DNA of 53,220 nt, the filler included, from Jimgerdemannia flammicorona (Eukaryota): assembly GCA_003990765.1 (NCBI GenBank). It is 3 parts of 3 records of this genome, joined end to end, with 100 filler letters (N's around TTAATTAATTAA, not from the genome) between each part and the next. Parts side by side here need not be neighbours in the genome. Positions count along the whole stretch, not along the records: positions 17,778 to 35,452 come from RBNJ01002456.1; 2 more parts are not named here. One strand, written 5' to 3'. Positions within the stretch are counted from its first letter, which is position 1. Every line of letters begins with the position of its first letter. The notes under the pieces are model-generated. The model saw only the letters and a program-made list of their open reading frames with translations. It did not search any database and was not told the origin of the DNA. Positions 20,113 to 32,545 of this stretch are shown here, piece after piece. The translations under genes and the position numbers were made by a program.

Positions 20113-22322
20113 GGACAGGAACTGTGACGCGTAAACTATTGAACTATTCAGTGATGTCACGTGGCATGACAGACACGTGGCCACAATTTCCTATGCTTCT
20201 TCCACACAACCACGTAATGGTGCTGGTTCGTGAGCTTGAAAATCTTACGTCGTTCGAGCTTTCGTAAGGCGCGGAGGATGAGTACGTTATAATTACTATT
20301 CGTCCGCGTATGGTCATCAGGAAGGGGTTTTGTCAGTATTTCTGATAACTCTGTATGAGGTTCGCATGGTTGCTGATCTTTCGTCGTTCTTTCAGGTGGC
20401 CTGTACGTTGCTGGTATCAGAGCCCTCTTGCATGGGGTCGGGACGCCGCCGCGCAGGTGGGTCGTCGTCAGGTAGTGAGTCTTCGTTGTGACATGTGGGG
20501 CCAATTGTTTCGTAGGGGAGCATCGTACCATTAGGTTGCTTATCGTTATCTTTGTCCCGTAGGTCAGAGGGGGAATACGGTAGAAAGCTACGAACACTGT
20601 GCATGCATATAAACAGAGAGGATCGACAGATTATTCTGGATATTCTGGATCCATCTTCTCGGCCGTTATTTGAGATTTCGGGCTGAGCCTTGCTACTACC
20701 CCCGAATAACTTATCCTGCAAGCACAATAACCGTCGGTGTCCTACGGGCACGGCCCCGGCCCGGCCCGGTAAGTGCTCTTCAATACCTTTATCCGACAAG
20801 CATAAAGAACACTGTTATCATCTCTCTCATTGCGAATGAGATATATATAAAAAAAAAAAAAAAAAGAGTAAGGGATATGTCTGCCTGTCCAAAGAGAGTG
20901 GTTGGGAGGGTAGGTTGCGTGGCATGACACGGAAGGAGGGCTATGACTATCTATCGAGCATTGCTAATTGTTGCTGACTACGGTGCCCATATGTCGTTAT
21001 TTGGAATGCATTCGTGCAATGCTTTCGCTTAGATTTTCATGGCAGAATGTCCGAACACTACAACAAGCCGCAATGATCTGAAATATATGGATGTAAGTTG
21101 GCGTCTTATTGATACATCTGTACCGTATTTACGGATATGTATATACATTGTTTGGTTATGTTTGAGATGGTTGTTATAAACAATGCAAATGGATCCCAAT
21201 TCCTCTTTTCACGGACCTCGTCTTACTAATAATTTTTTTCTTTTCACTCATGAACAGAAAAATCGACTTCATTACGGCAGACAACCGTCCGGACAGCACG
21301 ACCTGAAACCCACGTAAACCCCTTTCTCTCGAGTTTCTTACCTATCGTAGTAATAATCTAGTTGATAACATGGTAAGAAAGGCACAGGGTCATTCCTTTG
21401 ACTGTGCCCTCCTTGATACAACACTTTATCTTACACGGCCCCACTGTACCGCTCATTTTTCTCACTTGGACGATCTGAAGACCAACGAGGTTGTGATACA
21501 ATTTACGGAGGTCGGCATTGCTTCTATTATTACCAGCATAATTGACTCGAGAGTTTCTAATGTTAAAAATTGTATTAATCACACAGATCACTCGCACGTT
21601 CTAATGAACACTTCTCGCGGTGCACCCACCTCACTAGGAAAATCAACTTCGCACAGGAATTCCGGATGTAAGCAAAATGCCGCTGTAAGTTTCTAAACTC
21701 ACTTGTGATCTCCTACGGCAACCGGAATTACCCCCCTTCTCGTCCTTTCCCTTCCGCCATTTGCTTGTTGGTGAACATCCGTATCGCCCATGGCTTACCT
21801 GTTGTTGTTACTTACATGTTGGCTGCTCCGTCGCCCATTACTTACCATCGCCTATTGCTTGCCGCCGGCCCCCGTGGCATTGGTGTGTTACCGACACCAA
21901 TGACTCGATCCTGCCATGGTTAACTATCCCAGTGGCCCTCCATCGTCTGGAGGTAAAATTTGGCGGCATTGGGGGGTCACCGTCAACAATGGCTCGATCT
22001 TGCAAGATTAGGCGCCGTGGTTGACGGCCCGCAATGGCCCTCCATCACATGGAGGTATAATTTGGCGGCACAAACTAAAAGTATGCACATCGGCAATTTG
22101 TTTTACATAAACTCTGAGATCCACCTCACACAGAAAACATGACATCCACCGAACGTAAGCCAGTAGGACGGCCAAAGCACGGGACCTGAGATGCGGTCGA
22201 ATAGTCATAAGCGAAATGTTGACAAGAAATGGAGAATGCAAAGAGAAGAAAAATGCTAGAAGATTAGAAAAACGCCGTGCCATTTGCTACGGGAGGGTTT
22301 CCGCCCATACACAAATCAGTGC

Positions 22323-22709
22323 GCACGGACCGTAAAAAGCGACGGCCTCGAAAATCGGCGTGATATGCAGAAGAATTTCGTAGTCGGCAGCATCCGGGTA
22401 CGGACGTAGCGTTTGGACGACATGCATCCTACTCCAAAAGGCCTCCATCCTCTGTGAAGCGTATGGACCGTAAAACGCTAGTCTCGAAGCTCGGATTGGC
22501 ATGTCTAGCACAATGTCCGTGGTTGTCGCTATCGATAATAAAGAGGATGGGCTTCCTGCGGTCGAGTTTGAAAAATTGGGCGGCGGTGGCGGCAGCGGCG
22601 GCGGCGGTTGGTAATGGCCTATGGCATGGCCTGTGGTTGGGATGGGACTTTTAAGACAAACTGGCGTTACCTTATCCCAAACAACTAAAGATAAGCTGGC
22701 GCTTTTCAT
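22323..22709 (-). pseudogene. Frameshifted, truncated paralog of the NYN/PIN-like gene
   Basis: An alternative frame gives KLDRRKPILFIIDSDNHGHC (vs DLNRQTPIVFLIDGDNRGDC), then AFYGP...RPYPDAADYEI; flank 22072-22322 duplicates 19045-19434. Confidence 0.78.
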
Positions 22710-24297
22710 ATGCTATCAACTTGGTGGATTCTCTTAGTTTTTTATTAATATATATATATATAGCAAAGAAGCGTTGGTATTAGGGCTCGAGTCCATGTGG
22801 TTCAGTGAAAGGGACGGGATTCAAAAAAAAAAAAAAGTGTGATGCAAATATGCGACGTCACTCTTTACGCCCCCATCAGCATTAGAGAGTTCCACGTGGA
22901 TGATCCAGATCGCGTCACGATAGGGAGGTACTTAAGAAGTTGTCCTCGAGAAAGTTGTATAGGTCCTTGTCCTGGATTGTGAGATGAGGCTGGAGGGATC
23001 TCAGAGGAAGGGGCGATGGCGTAGTGATGCATACGATATTTATATTCACACGTATCATTTCGCTTACTGCTTCCGTGCAGTACACCCTGACCTAGAACAG
23101 TCAACACCACGAGGTAAACGCTTAGTTTTCCTTCTTATCAACCTTAGCTCGCCTTTTGAACACATACATTCATGTTATGTATTTTATCCGTCAGCCTTGC
23201 GTGCATGTTCCCAAAATCCAAGGCACTGCCAAACCCTCCCGTTTCCACACAACCTCTTCGCATACCAGTTCGATCGCTCGCATCACTGGCTCCACCCTTT
23301 CCTTGAACCTATGTTGATGAAACCGAAATCATCCTTCTTTGACATGTCCAATGGCGAACTCAACGAGTAGCTCAAAAAACTTGGGTATAATTTTACTGAT
23401 TGCGTGTTCTTGTCTGATCACTTGGAATCCTAGTTTATCGCTCTTTCTTCCTCCTGTTCTTAAACCCAAAGAACACGCACCGATTCCTTTTCTGTTTCTT
23501 AAATCCAGAGAACATGCATCAATTGGTATTCGCCGGTTTCTTAGGCTGGATAGATAGCATCTCTATATAAGATACTGGCAAAGAGTGTTGATGTCTGAAT
23601 TAACCATCTGAAGAGGGTTGGAAATTCATTAGCAACCAGCAACTCATAAAGGCAATGCATCAAATAAAAGTAAGTCTAAAATCACATCTGTTTCTCATCT
23701 TTATATATCAACTCTCTCTTATTAATAAGCTATATAGTCTATTCTCAATAATGTACTTAACATAAGATATGTATAATAATACTGCAAAAATAGAGCTAGT
23801 TATTTACAAATTAAGTCATCAGAATGTTCTATAGAATAATGAGATAAATAATAAAAGATAGTCTGAAAAATATATTTTTATAAAAACTATAGTTTGAAAT
23901 ATATATCTATTACTCATTAATCTTATAAAAAAAGAGATAAATTTTTTATCTTTTCTTTATATTTTTCTCTTAACTCTTTAATAACTTTCTTTTATATAAT
24001 TATATATAATTTTAATCTTATTTATGGTAAATAATCTCTCAATTTATATTATATTATACTGTATAAAGTCTAAATAGTATAATATATAATAATAATATAT
24101 ATAAGAGTTTTATAAATTTTTAAATATAAAAAAGATTATAAAATAATAATAATTTTAGTAATATATATTATATTATTCATTTTTATCTTCTAGTTTATAA
24201 TTTATATAATTTATATATTTCTTACTCTATAGTATAGGTAAATTTATCTACAAAAATATTCAATATAAAATATCTCACTCTATACTATACATATCTA

Positions 24298-24806
24298 TAG
24301 TATTCCAAATAAGATAATCTGGATCAATTCAAAGTAGCTTATAAGTGATATAATTTGATATATTAATATCATTGTTTTGATTTTCAAATTAGACAATTAA
24401 ATATTTATATCAATAACTTGATAAAATATCATCTAATTTTAATGATTATAGTATTATTTAAAAGCTCTTAATAAGGTCTTTCTAATGATATTAATAATAT
24501 TGAAATTAGATAATATATTGCTAAGTTATTAAGAAAAATATCCTATTTGCTAATTGTGAAAATATTGATAACTTAGTAATATATTATTCAATTTTAATAT
24601 TCTTGATATTATTAGAAAGATCTCTTTAAGGACTTTCAAATGATACTATATATAATCATTAAAATTAGATAATTTTTCATTAAGTTATTAATATAAAATT
24701 TAATTATTTAATTTGGAAATTAAAACAATAATATTGATATATCAAATTATACTATCTACATATAAGCTATTTTGAATTGATTCGGATTGGCTTATTTAGA
24801 GCACTA
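24298..24806. mobile_element. AT-rich foldback/MITE-like element with ~235-bp inverted arms
   Basis: The left arm TAGTATTCCAAATAAGATAATCTGGATCAATTCAAAGTAGCTTATA... matches the reverse complement of the right end ...TATAAGCTATTTTGAATTGATTCGGATTGGCTTATTTAGAGCACTA along nearly the whole length. Confidence 0.75.
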
Positions 24807-25205
24807 CTATCTATAATATAAATATATATACTATAATTCTAATATAGGTAAATATCTATAAAGTTTAGAGTAAAATACTATAGTTTATACTTTATAATAT
24901 TTATAAGTATAAATTATATATAACTAAAATATAGATAAATATATATATCTACTAGCTATTTATTATAATAGTGACTCCAGAATAATGACATCAGCATAGG
25001 AGACAGCCTTTCCTTGCAAGCCACCAGATCAGAGTACAAGAAGATTATATGGCATATGAGATGAGTAATGATGACCAACTGTGAGTTATTGTGACCACAG
25101 CATAAGTATTTTGAGGAATATAAAAGAAGGATCAAGGAACTACAGTAGCAGCAATTAACAAGACTCATCAATCCCAAAATAGCTCAAAGACTTACTACAA
25201 ATGAA

Positions 25206-26063
25206 ATGCCTGCTGCCCACCAAACCTCAAGGTCAAGGAACTACCAAGATACCTCAGTCAAAGAAAGGATATTCCAAGACATTAGAAGAGCTATAAGGAC
25301 CTGCTCAAGAAGAACTCCTAGTATCAACCTGGATACTGGTGACCCTTATTACTATATTCTCTACTGCTATAAAATGGAAACTAGGATCACTATTGCTACC
25401 GAATACCTCCAAATATGGCAGAAGTATGAAATAGGAAACCTCCTCTGCCAGGAGTTCCTATAGGCCAGCACTCAAGAGCTACAAGATACTACTTCCATAG
25501 ATATATGCGAAATGAAGATAGCTAAAAATATTCATCAGATCTTCAGACATACACCATAATTGATCCCCAACTTGGAATATGTTAGAGTCTCAGATTTCAG
25601 AGACCTATCATCTCACCATATTAATGCACTAGAAGTCAGGGTGGCTATAGAAGTCCAGTCCACTATCACCCTCAATAGTGATGAAGTAGAAGACTTCTGG
25701 CATCCTATCCTCCAGGACAACTCAGACCAATTCCTACAAGGATTGATCTCAGTATTCTAAGGCCCAAGTATCCAGGTTAGACCTCTCCAAGACCCCACAT
25801 TTGTCCCCTATTTTGTGGAAGAGAACCTCATAGACTGGAGAGCTCCAGATCTCCTTATTTCTACTGCTACTGAATGTGATGACATCATTAGTGATGACGT
25901 CATCCTGCACAACTTTGACATATGTAAAATGCACGACGAAGTATGCAAAGTATGCAAAATATACAACCTATACAACAAATTTACAGACCTCATCTCCTTT
26001 GAAGATATCCTGACCTCTGATGACAAGGATGAAGCCCCCATGATCCTGAACATTCTGCTCTAA
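25206..26063 (+). pseudogene. LTR-embedded ORF, copy 4 (286 codons)
   Basis: Three ORF-track pieces (25206, 25560, 25815) are all in one frame. Confidence 0.82.
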
Positions 26064-26087
26064 GTCCCTTGTTATATTATACTGAAT

Positions 26088-26175
26088 AATGCCAGTACTG
26101 GCATTCTGAGGTGATATGAAATTATTTCAGCACTAGTATTTTGAGGTAATACTGAATAATGCCAGCATCAGTATT
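26088..26175. repeat. 35-bp-period array with 18-bp palindromic core inside the LTR
   Basis: Perfect palindrome AATGCCAGTACTGGCATT at 26088-26105, degenerate copies at 26123 and 26158; same array at 16228/16263/16298. Confidence 0.8.
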
Positions 26176-26550
26176 CTGATGTAAAACTGAATTATACTAG
26201 CATTCTGAACCTGTACAACTATCAGTACCAACCCTGGAACTTAGTAGTTTTAGTTATTGAAATTTATGTTTAGCTTTATATCTTAGCAACCATTGAATTA
26301 TATTTTGTATAAATACTCCTTTTATTTCCTCTGAAATAAAGTCAGTCTTCTTAGTATAATATATACACTTCCTTATAAGCAATCTAAGAGATAACAAGAC
26401 AGTTAAAGATAAGAAGTTTGAGGACTATAAAACCTTGAGAAGGCACTCCAATAAGAACTTGCTTATAACAAACTTGAGTTAGTCTAAGAGATACATTTTG
26501 AAGAGAATCTGGCATATTTGAAGGACTCAGCAACTACTATGTAACATTAT

Positions 26551-26655
26551 ATACTAGCTAGGATCAACCTATTTATACTAGCTAGAATAAATCTATCTAT
26601 ATTAGTTAGGGTCTATTTATCTATACTAGTTAAAGTCTATCTATATTAGTCAGAC
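26551..26655. repeat. Degenerate ~20-24-bp minisatellite
   Basis: TCTATACTAGYTAG-like unit repeated about five times. Confidence 0.6.
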
Positions 26656-27185
26656 AGTTATTGTCTGAAAATATCAGTTCTTTTATAATATTATTATTAA
26701 TAAATTCTCTATATAAAGTATTGAAATAAAATCTATTAAAGCTGAAAATATATTAAAGTTATAGATTACTAATGTGAAAGATAATCAAAGAACAGTTATT
26801 ATATATCTAAAAATATCAGATCTTTTATAATATTTACTAATAAATTTCCTGTATAAATATTATACTATAATCTATTGAAATTTACTAAAAGATAATATAA
26901 TAAAGAAAAATAATATAAGAATAATAATATATATAATATAAAATATAGTACAAACTAGATACTAAAATCTCTCATCTATATATCTGCCTTATCTCTATAT
27001 ATTACTGAAGATGAAGCTAATAAAAAAGGTCAAAACTCTAAAGGTTAAAATATATCTACTACTCTATTTATTATATATAAAAATATATATATAAAGACCT
27101 AAAGCCAGAGCTTTATTAGAAAATAACCAGTCTTAATAGCTATGACTACTCTTAAAAGTAGTAGATATACATAGAAGGAGTGTAT

Positions 27186-27315
27186 TTTTTAATACTATTT
27201 AAGATAGTATATAGTATATATTTTAATATTGCTTAAGACAGTATATAAAATATTTTTCAATTGCTCAAGATGATATACAATATGTTTTTCTATACTACTC
27301 AAGATAGTATATAGT
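27186..27315. repeat. Degenerate ~32-bp minisatellite, about 4 units
   Basis: ...TCAAGATAGTATATAGTA(T)ATTTTT... unit repeated. Confidence 0.6.
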
Positions 27316-27329
27316 AAATAATAAATTAA

Positions 27330-28249
27330 AGTCATATACTAGAAGAAAGTAGCTTTGAATAAATTATATTATAGAAGAAAAAGTCTATCTTTAATACTTT
27401 CTAAAATCAGTACATATAGAACCAGTCTCCTTTGCCTATATAGTGATAGATATAATTGACTCTCTACTCTTGACTTTGACTGGCAACTGATATATCATCA
27501 TTATTATAGATCTTTTCACAAAATAGATAGAGACAAGATCTCTCAAAGAAGCTAATACATAGTCAATTACTGATTTCTTCTACAAAGAAATCATCTACTG
27601 ATTCAAGACTCCATCATAAGTAACTACAGATAGAGGAATAGAATTCATGAATCAGTTCTTTAAAGTTCTCTATAAGAAGTACAGGATTTAGTATATTCAG
27701 ACTACAGCCTATCACTCTTAGAAAAATAGACAAGTAGAAAGGATCAATAAGACTCTCAAGAATGTCTTTACCAAGATCTGTGATAACTACAAAAACTATA
27801 ATTATTATCTGCCAATAGCATTATCTGCTCTTTGGGATATCTGATCACAAAGCACCTATTTTATTCCTTGAGAGATATTATTTGGAGAAAAAAGTTCTCA
27901 AGAAACCTTATTGTTCAATAGAGATACTATAGAAATATATAGATACAGAGATATAAAGACTATACCAAATCAGAAAAAAGGCTAAGAATTACATAACCAA
28001 GATACAGATACTACATATAATAGAATAATATAGAAAAGATTCATAAGTCTCTAAAGATTATCAAGATAGAAGACAAAGTCCTGATATATTAGAACATAGT
28101 AGAAGCTTCATGATCACAAAAGCTAGAGCCTAAGTAAGAAGGATCTTGGTACAAGATATAAAAGAAACTACCTTTTGGCTATAAAAACTCTCAGATATAA
28201 TCATCTCTAATACTATTTACCAAAACTAACTCAAGAAGTATCATAGCTA
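27330..28249 (+). pseudogene. Gypsy integrase fragment related to G1
   Basis: IEPVSFAYIVIDII...IDLFTK*IE...TTDRGIEF...TTAYH...QVERINKTLKN, colinear with ~6310-7140. Confidence 0.82.
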
Positions 28250-28276
28250 ATTAACAAAGTACTATAGTCTTTTTCT

Positions 28277-30512
28277 GATAATATTTAGATTACACAAACT
28301 TCTGACAATACTCAAGACTTCATTTTTGGAGAAAAGATACTAGCAATATAGTGACTGATGAGTATTCTGAGATATATGCTGAGCAGGGTGACCCTAGTAT
28401 ATTCAACTAACAGCATATAAGGAGAAGTCATGACTTGGGAAGAAGCATGAGGGGCTTGCTAGCTGGAGGATATAGAAGAGGAAGAGGTAGTGCCGGGGGA
28501 CAGAAGATGGGGAGAATGAGCTTCACAGACAAGGTGAAGGATAGTTGACTAATGACAGCAACTAGACTGAAGGACTAGCTAAAGAAAGACAAAGAGACAG
28601 TAAAGACTGTAGGTTCTAGAGGAGTAGCCTATGGAGACAAGAGCAATAGGGCTAAGAGAGTAGTGGCTGAGAGGAGTGGGACTGCTGATAGTATGAAGAC
28701 TACTAATTTGGAAAAAAAATCCAGATATAACTATTGATAGTGAATCTAGACAGAGGGTGGACATGAGACCTGGGGACCTGGCAGATGGTATAATGGGACT
28801 GATGGTGGTACTATTACTCAAGAAGTCAAGATTGGAATTTACTATTACATTATGTTTCTAAGGCTTGGTAGTAATAGTAAGGATGATTCTAGGGCTTCTG
28901 GCCTAGAAGGTAAAGGGGGCTGCTTCAGTAAAGTTTTTGAAGAGACTAAAAGGAGTGAAGATAGGCTTTGAGAAGGAGAAGGTACTATTGGAGGCTGTGG
29001 AGAAAGGAGTAGTAGTGGGGGGAGTGGTGATCTCTATAGCCCAGTACTTATACTAGAACCCCTGAGTAGTATAGCTGATAGTACTGAATATTCTTATAAT
29101 GTCAAAGGAAATGGCCAGGGGGCTGATTGTAGAGACTGTTAAGGAGTACAGAGAGATCATGGATATTGTGTTTAGGGTCTAGGAGAGTACTGAATTCAGG
29201 ATTGAGGATGTAGACATTAGGGTATAGCTAGTATGTAAGGAGAATATGAGAAAAGCAAGGGACTGACCAGCAGTTCTTAAGTAGGAACCTGTGAAGTATA
29301 AGGTCTCACAAGTGAAAGGGATGCTGAAGAAAGAAGAGGACTTACTAGAGGCATTAGAGAACTTGGCTAGAGTTGTGAAGAGGAGGAGATTGATCTGAAA
29401 GGAGTATGAGGCCAAAATGGTTATAGAGATTGTCAATGGTAAGAAGATACAGATAGATTAGGCAGTCTGGGAGTGGGTGTAGGGGAGGCAGATTTAGAAT
29501 GACCTGTTGGTAAAGTTGAGAGAGAGAACAGTAGAGGGGCCTATTGCTGAAGATGCTGGATCACAAGTAAGTATCTGGATAGAAGAGAAAGAGGTGACTC
29601 CTGAGGTAGTTCAGAGAGAGAGAGGTGGCTCTGGGTTAAGTATCATCATAGAAGATACAGAGATGATCAAGAGGGGGTACCCTCAGTATAGAGTACTGGG
29701 CAGGACTACTGGTGAGAAGAAACTGAAGAAAGATTGGAATAAGTCAGCAAGAGGAAATACTGAGGGAGAGCAGATAGAAGGGGTGAAGAGAGTGGCCCAG
29801 AGAGTTGAGAAGATTGTGGATGAGGAGAAGTGGCTGTGGAAAATACTTGAGAATGTGGTAGCTGAGGAGCTAGAGAGAGAGGATTTTTGAGTACTAAGTA
29901 AGAGGGGAGATTCTGCATGATAAGAAGGTGCTAAGGAAAATCTATAATGAGATAATGGCAGTACTGCTGGAGGCTGAGGTTTATCAAGTGAATGATAACA
30001 GAGAGGCAGTATTTAGAGTAATTGTGAATGATTGAGCAGCTTATATGTGAGGTCTGAGGAAGAGACTGGAAAAGTGTCAGATAGTATGTAAGAAGTATCA
30101 GTCAGAGATAGAGATTGTGAATAGGGTAGATTGTTAGGAGATCTTGGCAATACTGGATGCTTAGTAGGAAGTAGTAGATGAGCTTGAGGCAGAAAGAAAC
30201 TTAGATCTTATGGGTGATAGAATGAGCATAAAATTGTAGGGTGAGCATATCTTCTTAAAAAACATTATTCAATATAAATAGTATAACTAGAATATTTTCT
30301 TTGAATATCAATAGACTGTGAGGTACAATGAGATATCAGAATCTCTTTAGTTGATTGAAGGAGTTGAATATAGACCTTTTCTTATTGCAGAATGTAAGCT
30401 ATAATATAGACTTAGACTTACTGGACTGGACAAGAGAATAGAGAGATATGGTAGTATGATAGAATTGAGTAGAGGATATTGGGGATATTGGACATTGGGG
30501 GAGCAGATTGGT
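28277..30512 (+). mobile_element. Old L1/Tx1-type LINE (family LB), 5' part (5'UTR, ORF1, start of ORF2), interrupted by a younger copy
   Basis: Colinear with 39994-42240 and with the young copy at 30513; CpG-depleted with many stops. Confidence 0.85.
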
Positions 30513-30598
30513 ACGTCCCTTTTCACCAGTAACATTCGGGTGACACAAGACTCAGACAACACTTTTTACAACGTTTTTGGTGTCCGACGACTAATAAC

Positions 30599-32514
30599 AT
30601 GGACGGCAACAATCGATCTGGTGAGCGTACTGGCCAGGGGAGTGATGGCGCCTTTGGCTGGCAGCAGGTGGGGAGGAGGGGAGATGGTTTGGGGATGCCA
30701 GGGGCCTCAATGGCTGGCTGTGGCCCCAGCGGCGGAGGAAGGAGCGGTCTGCGGCAGAGAGGAGGGGAGAGGACGACCTTTGCTGACAAGGTCAGGATGG
30801 GGAAGATGGCGTCTGGGCTGGATAGTTGGCTGGGCCTGGGGAAGGCGTCAATGGCTACTGATGGGGGTTAGGGAGGTGCATCCCAGGGTGCTTATGGTGG
30901 TAGGGAAGGGGCCGGAGTAGGGGCTGGAGATGTGACTGTTGATGGGGCTGTGACTGGGGATCTGGCAAAAAATCTAGATATGACGGTGGTTGGCAATTCG
31001 GGACTTGGAGGGGGCACGAGGCCTGGGGACCTGGCGGATGGGGTGACAGGCATGGTGTCGGCCCCGTTACTCAAGAAGTCAAGGTCCGAATTCGCAGTCA
31101 CAATGTGCTTCTGGGGCTTAGCAGTGACGGCGAGGATGATTTTAGGGCTGGTGGCGCAGGAGGCTAAGGGGGCAGCGTCGGTGAAGTTCTTGAGAGGAAA
31201 GGAAGGGGTCAAAGTGGGGTTTGAGGAGGAAGACGCCTTGTTGGCAGCCATGGAGAAAAGGGTGATGGTTGGCGGGGTTGTGGTCCCTATGGCCCAGTTA
31301 TGCGCTGAGACCCCCAGGTGGTGCAGTTGACAGTATTGGACCTTCCCACAGTGTCGAAGGAAAGGACCAGGGAGTTGGTTGTGGAGGCAATCAAGGAGTA
31401 TGGTGAGATTGTGGATGTTGGGTTCAAGGTCTGGGAGGGCATGGAGCTTAGAACTGGAGACGTTGATGTCAGGGTGAGACTGGCTGGAAAGGAGAATACG
31501 GGGAAGTCGAGGGACTGGCCGGTGGTGCTGAGGTGGGGACAGGTGGAGTGTAAGGTTGCTAGGGTGAAGGGGACTCAGGAGGAGGAGGAGGATCTGTTGG
31601 AGGCTCTTGAGGATCTGGAAGGGGCAGTTGTGAGGAGGAGATTAGCCTGGAAGGAGTTTGAGGCCAGGACGGTGGTGGGGGAGGTGGATGGAAAGAGGGT
31701 TCAGATGGAGAAGGGGGCCTGGGAGAAGATGCAGGGGAGGAGGATCCAGAAGGAGTTGTTGGCGAAGATGGGTGGAGGTAGGGTGGGTGGAAGCTCTGGG
31801 GAGGGGGCCACAGGGTTGCAGGAGAGTACCTGGGCTGAAGGGGGTGAGTTGGCCCAGGGCGGGGCTCAGATTAGAGTCAGGGAGGGGAGGGAGGATAACT
31901 TGGAGGTAGATGCTGAAATGGGTGAAGGTGGACGCCCTCAGTATAGTGTTCCGAATGGGGCAGGAGGCGAAGAGGAGCTGATGGATGTGCCGGATGAAGA
32001 GTGGGATGAGTCGGTGAGGAGGAGCACACTGGTGGACCCCGAGGTGGATGGGGGATGAATTGCTCAGGGGGCGGCGGAGGCGGTAGATGAGGAGAAATGG
32101 ATGTGGATGACTCTGGAAGGAGTAGCGGCTGAGGAGCTAGGGGGTGAGAACTTCAGAGTGATGGAGGAGAGGTATTGGGAAGAGATTCTACGTGGGGAAG
32201 AGGTACTGAGGAAGATGAGGAATGAGATCCTGGCTGTCCTCCTGGAGTCTGTTGAGTATCAGGTTGATGATCAGCGAGAGGAGGAGCTTAGAAGGATTGC
32301 GAGCGATAGGGCACTTGTCTTGTGGAACTCGAGGAAGGGACTGGAGAAGTGGCGCGCGGTCTGCTTGGACTACAGGGCAGATATAGAGGAGGTGGACAGG
32401 GTGGAGTGTCAGGAAATCTTGGGGGCACTGGATGCTCGGGATATTGCGGAGGGTGAATTGGAAGCTGAGCGGCTCTTGGACTTGGCGAGAGATGAGATGA
32501 GCATGGAATTATAG
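30599..32514 (+). pseudogene. LINE LB ORF1 (RRM-like region; 2 stops, 1 frameshift near 31318)
   Basis: ORF pieces 30599, 30932, 31318, 32101; VQLTVLDLP...AIKEYGEIVDVGF...RTGDVDVRVRL resembles the RRM segment of L1/Tx1 ORF1 proteins. Confidence 0.75.
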
Positions 32515-32545
32515 ATTGGGGTCTCTTCTACAATATCTACTCAAT

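Larger units (their letters stand above)
24964..26546 (+). mobile_element. Solo LTR of the G1 family
   Basis: Full LTR (TATAATAGTG...GTAACA) flanked by 4-bp TSD TTAT (24960-24963 / 26547-26550); no internal sequence. Confidence 0.88.

Noticed and set aside
19823..20134. Plus-strand Val/Ala-rich ORF resembling a membrane protein
   Set aside because: Antisense shadow of the GCN/ACN repeat in the NYN-like gene.
22865..23557. Short overlapping ORFs at the end of the CpG island
   Set aside because: No recognisable motifs and no consistent strand or frame.
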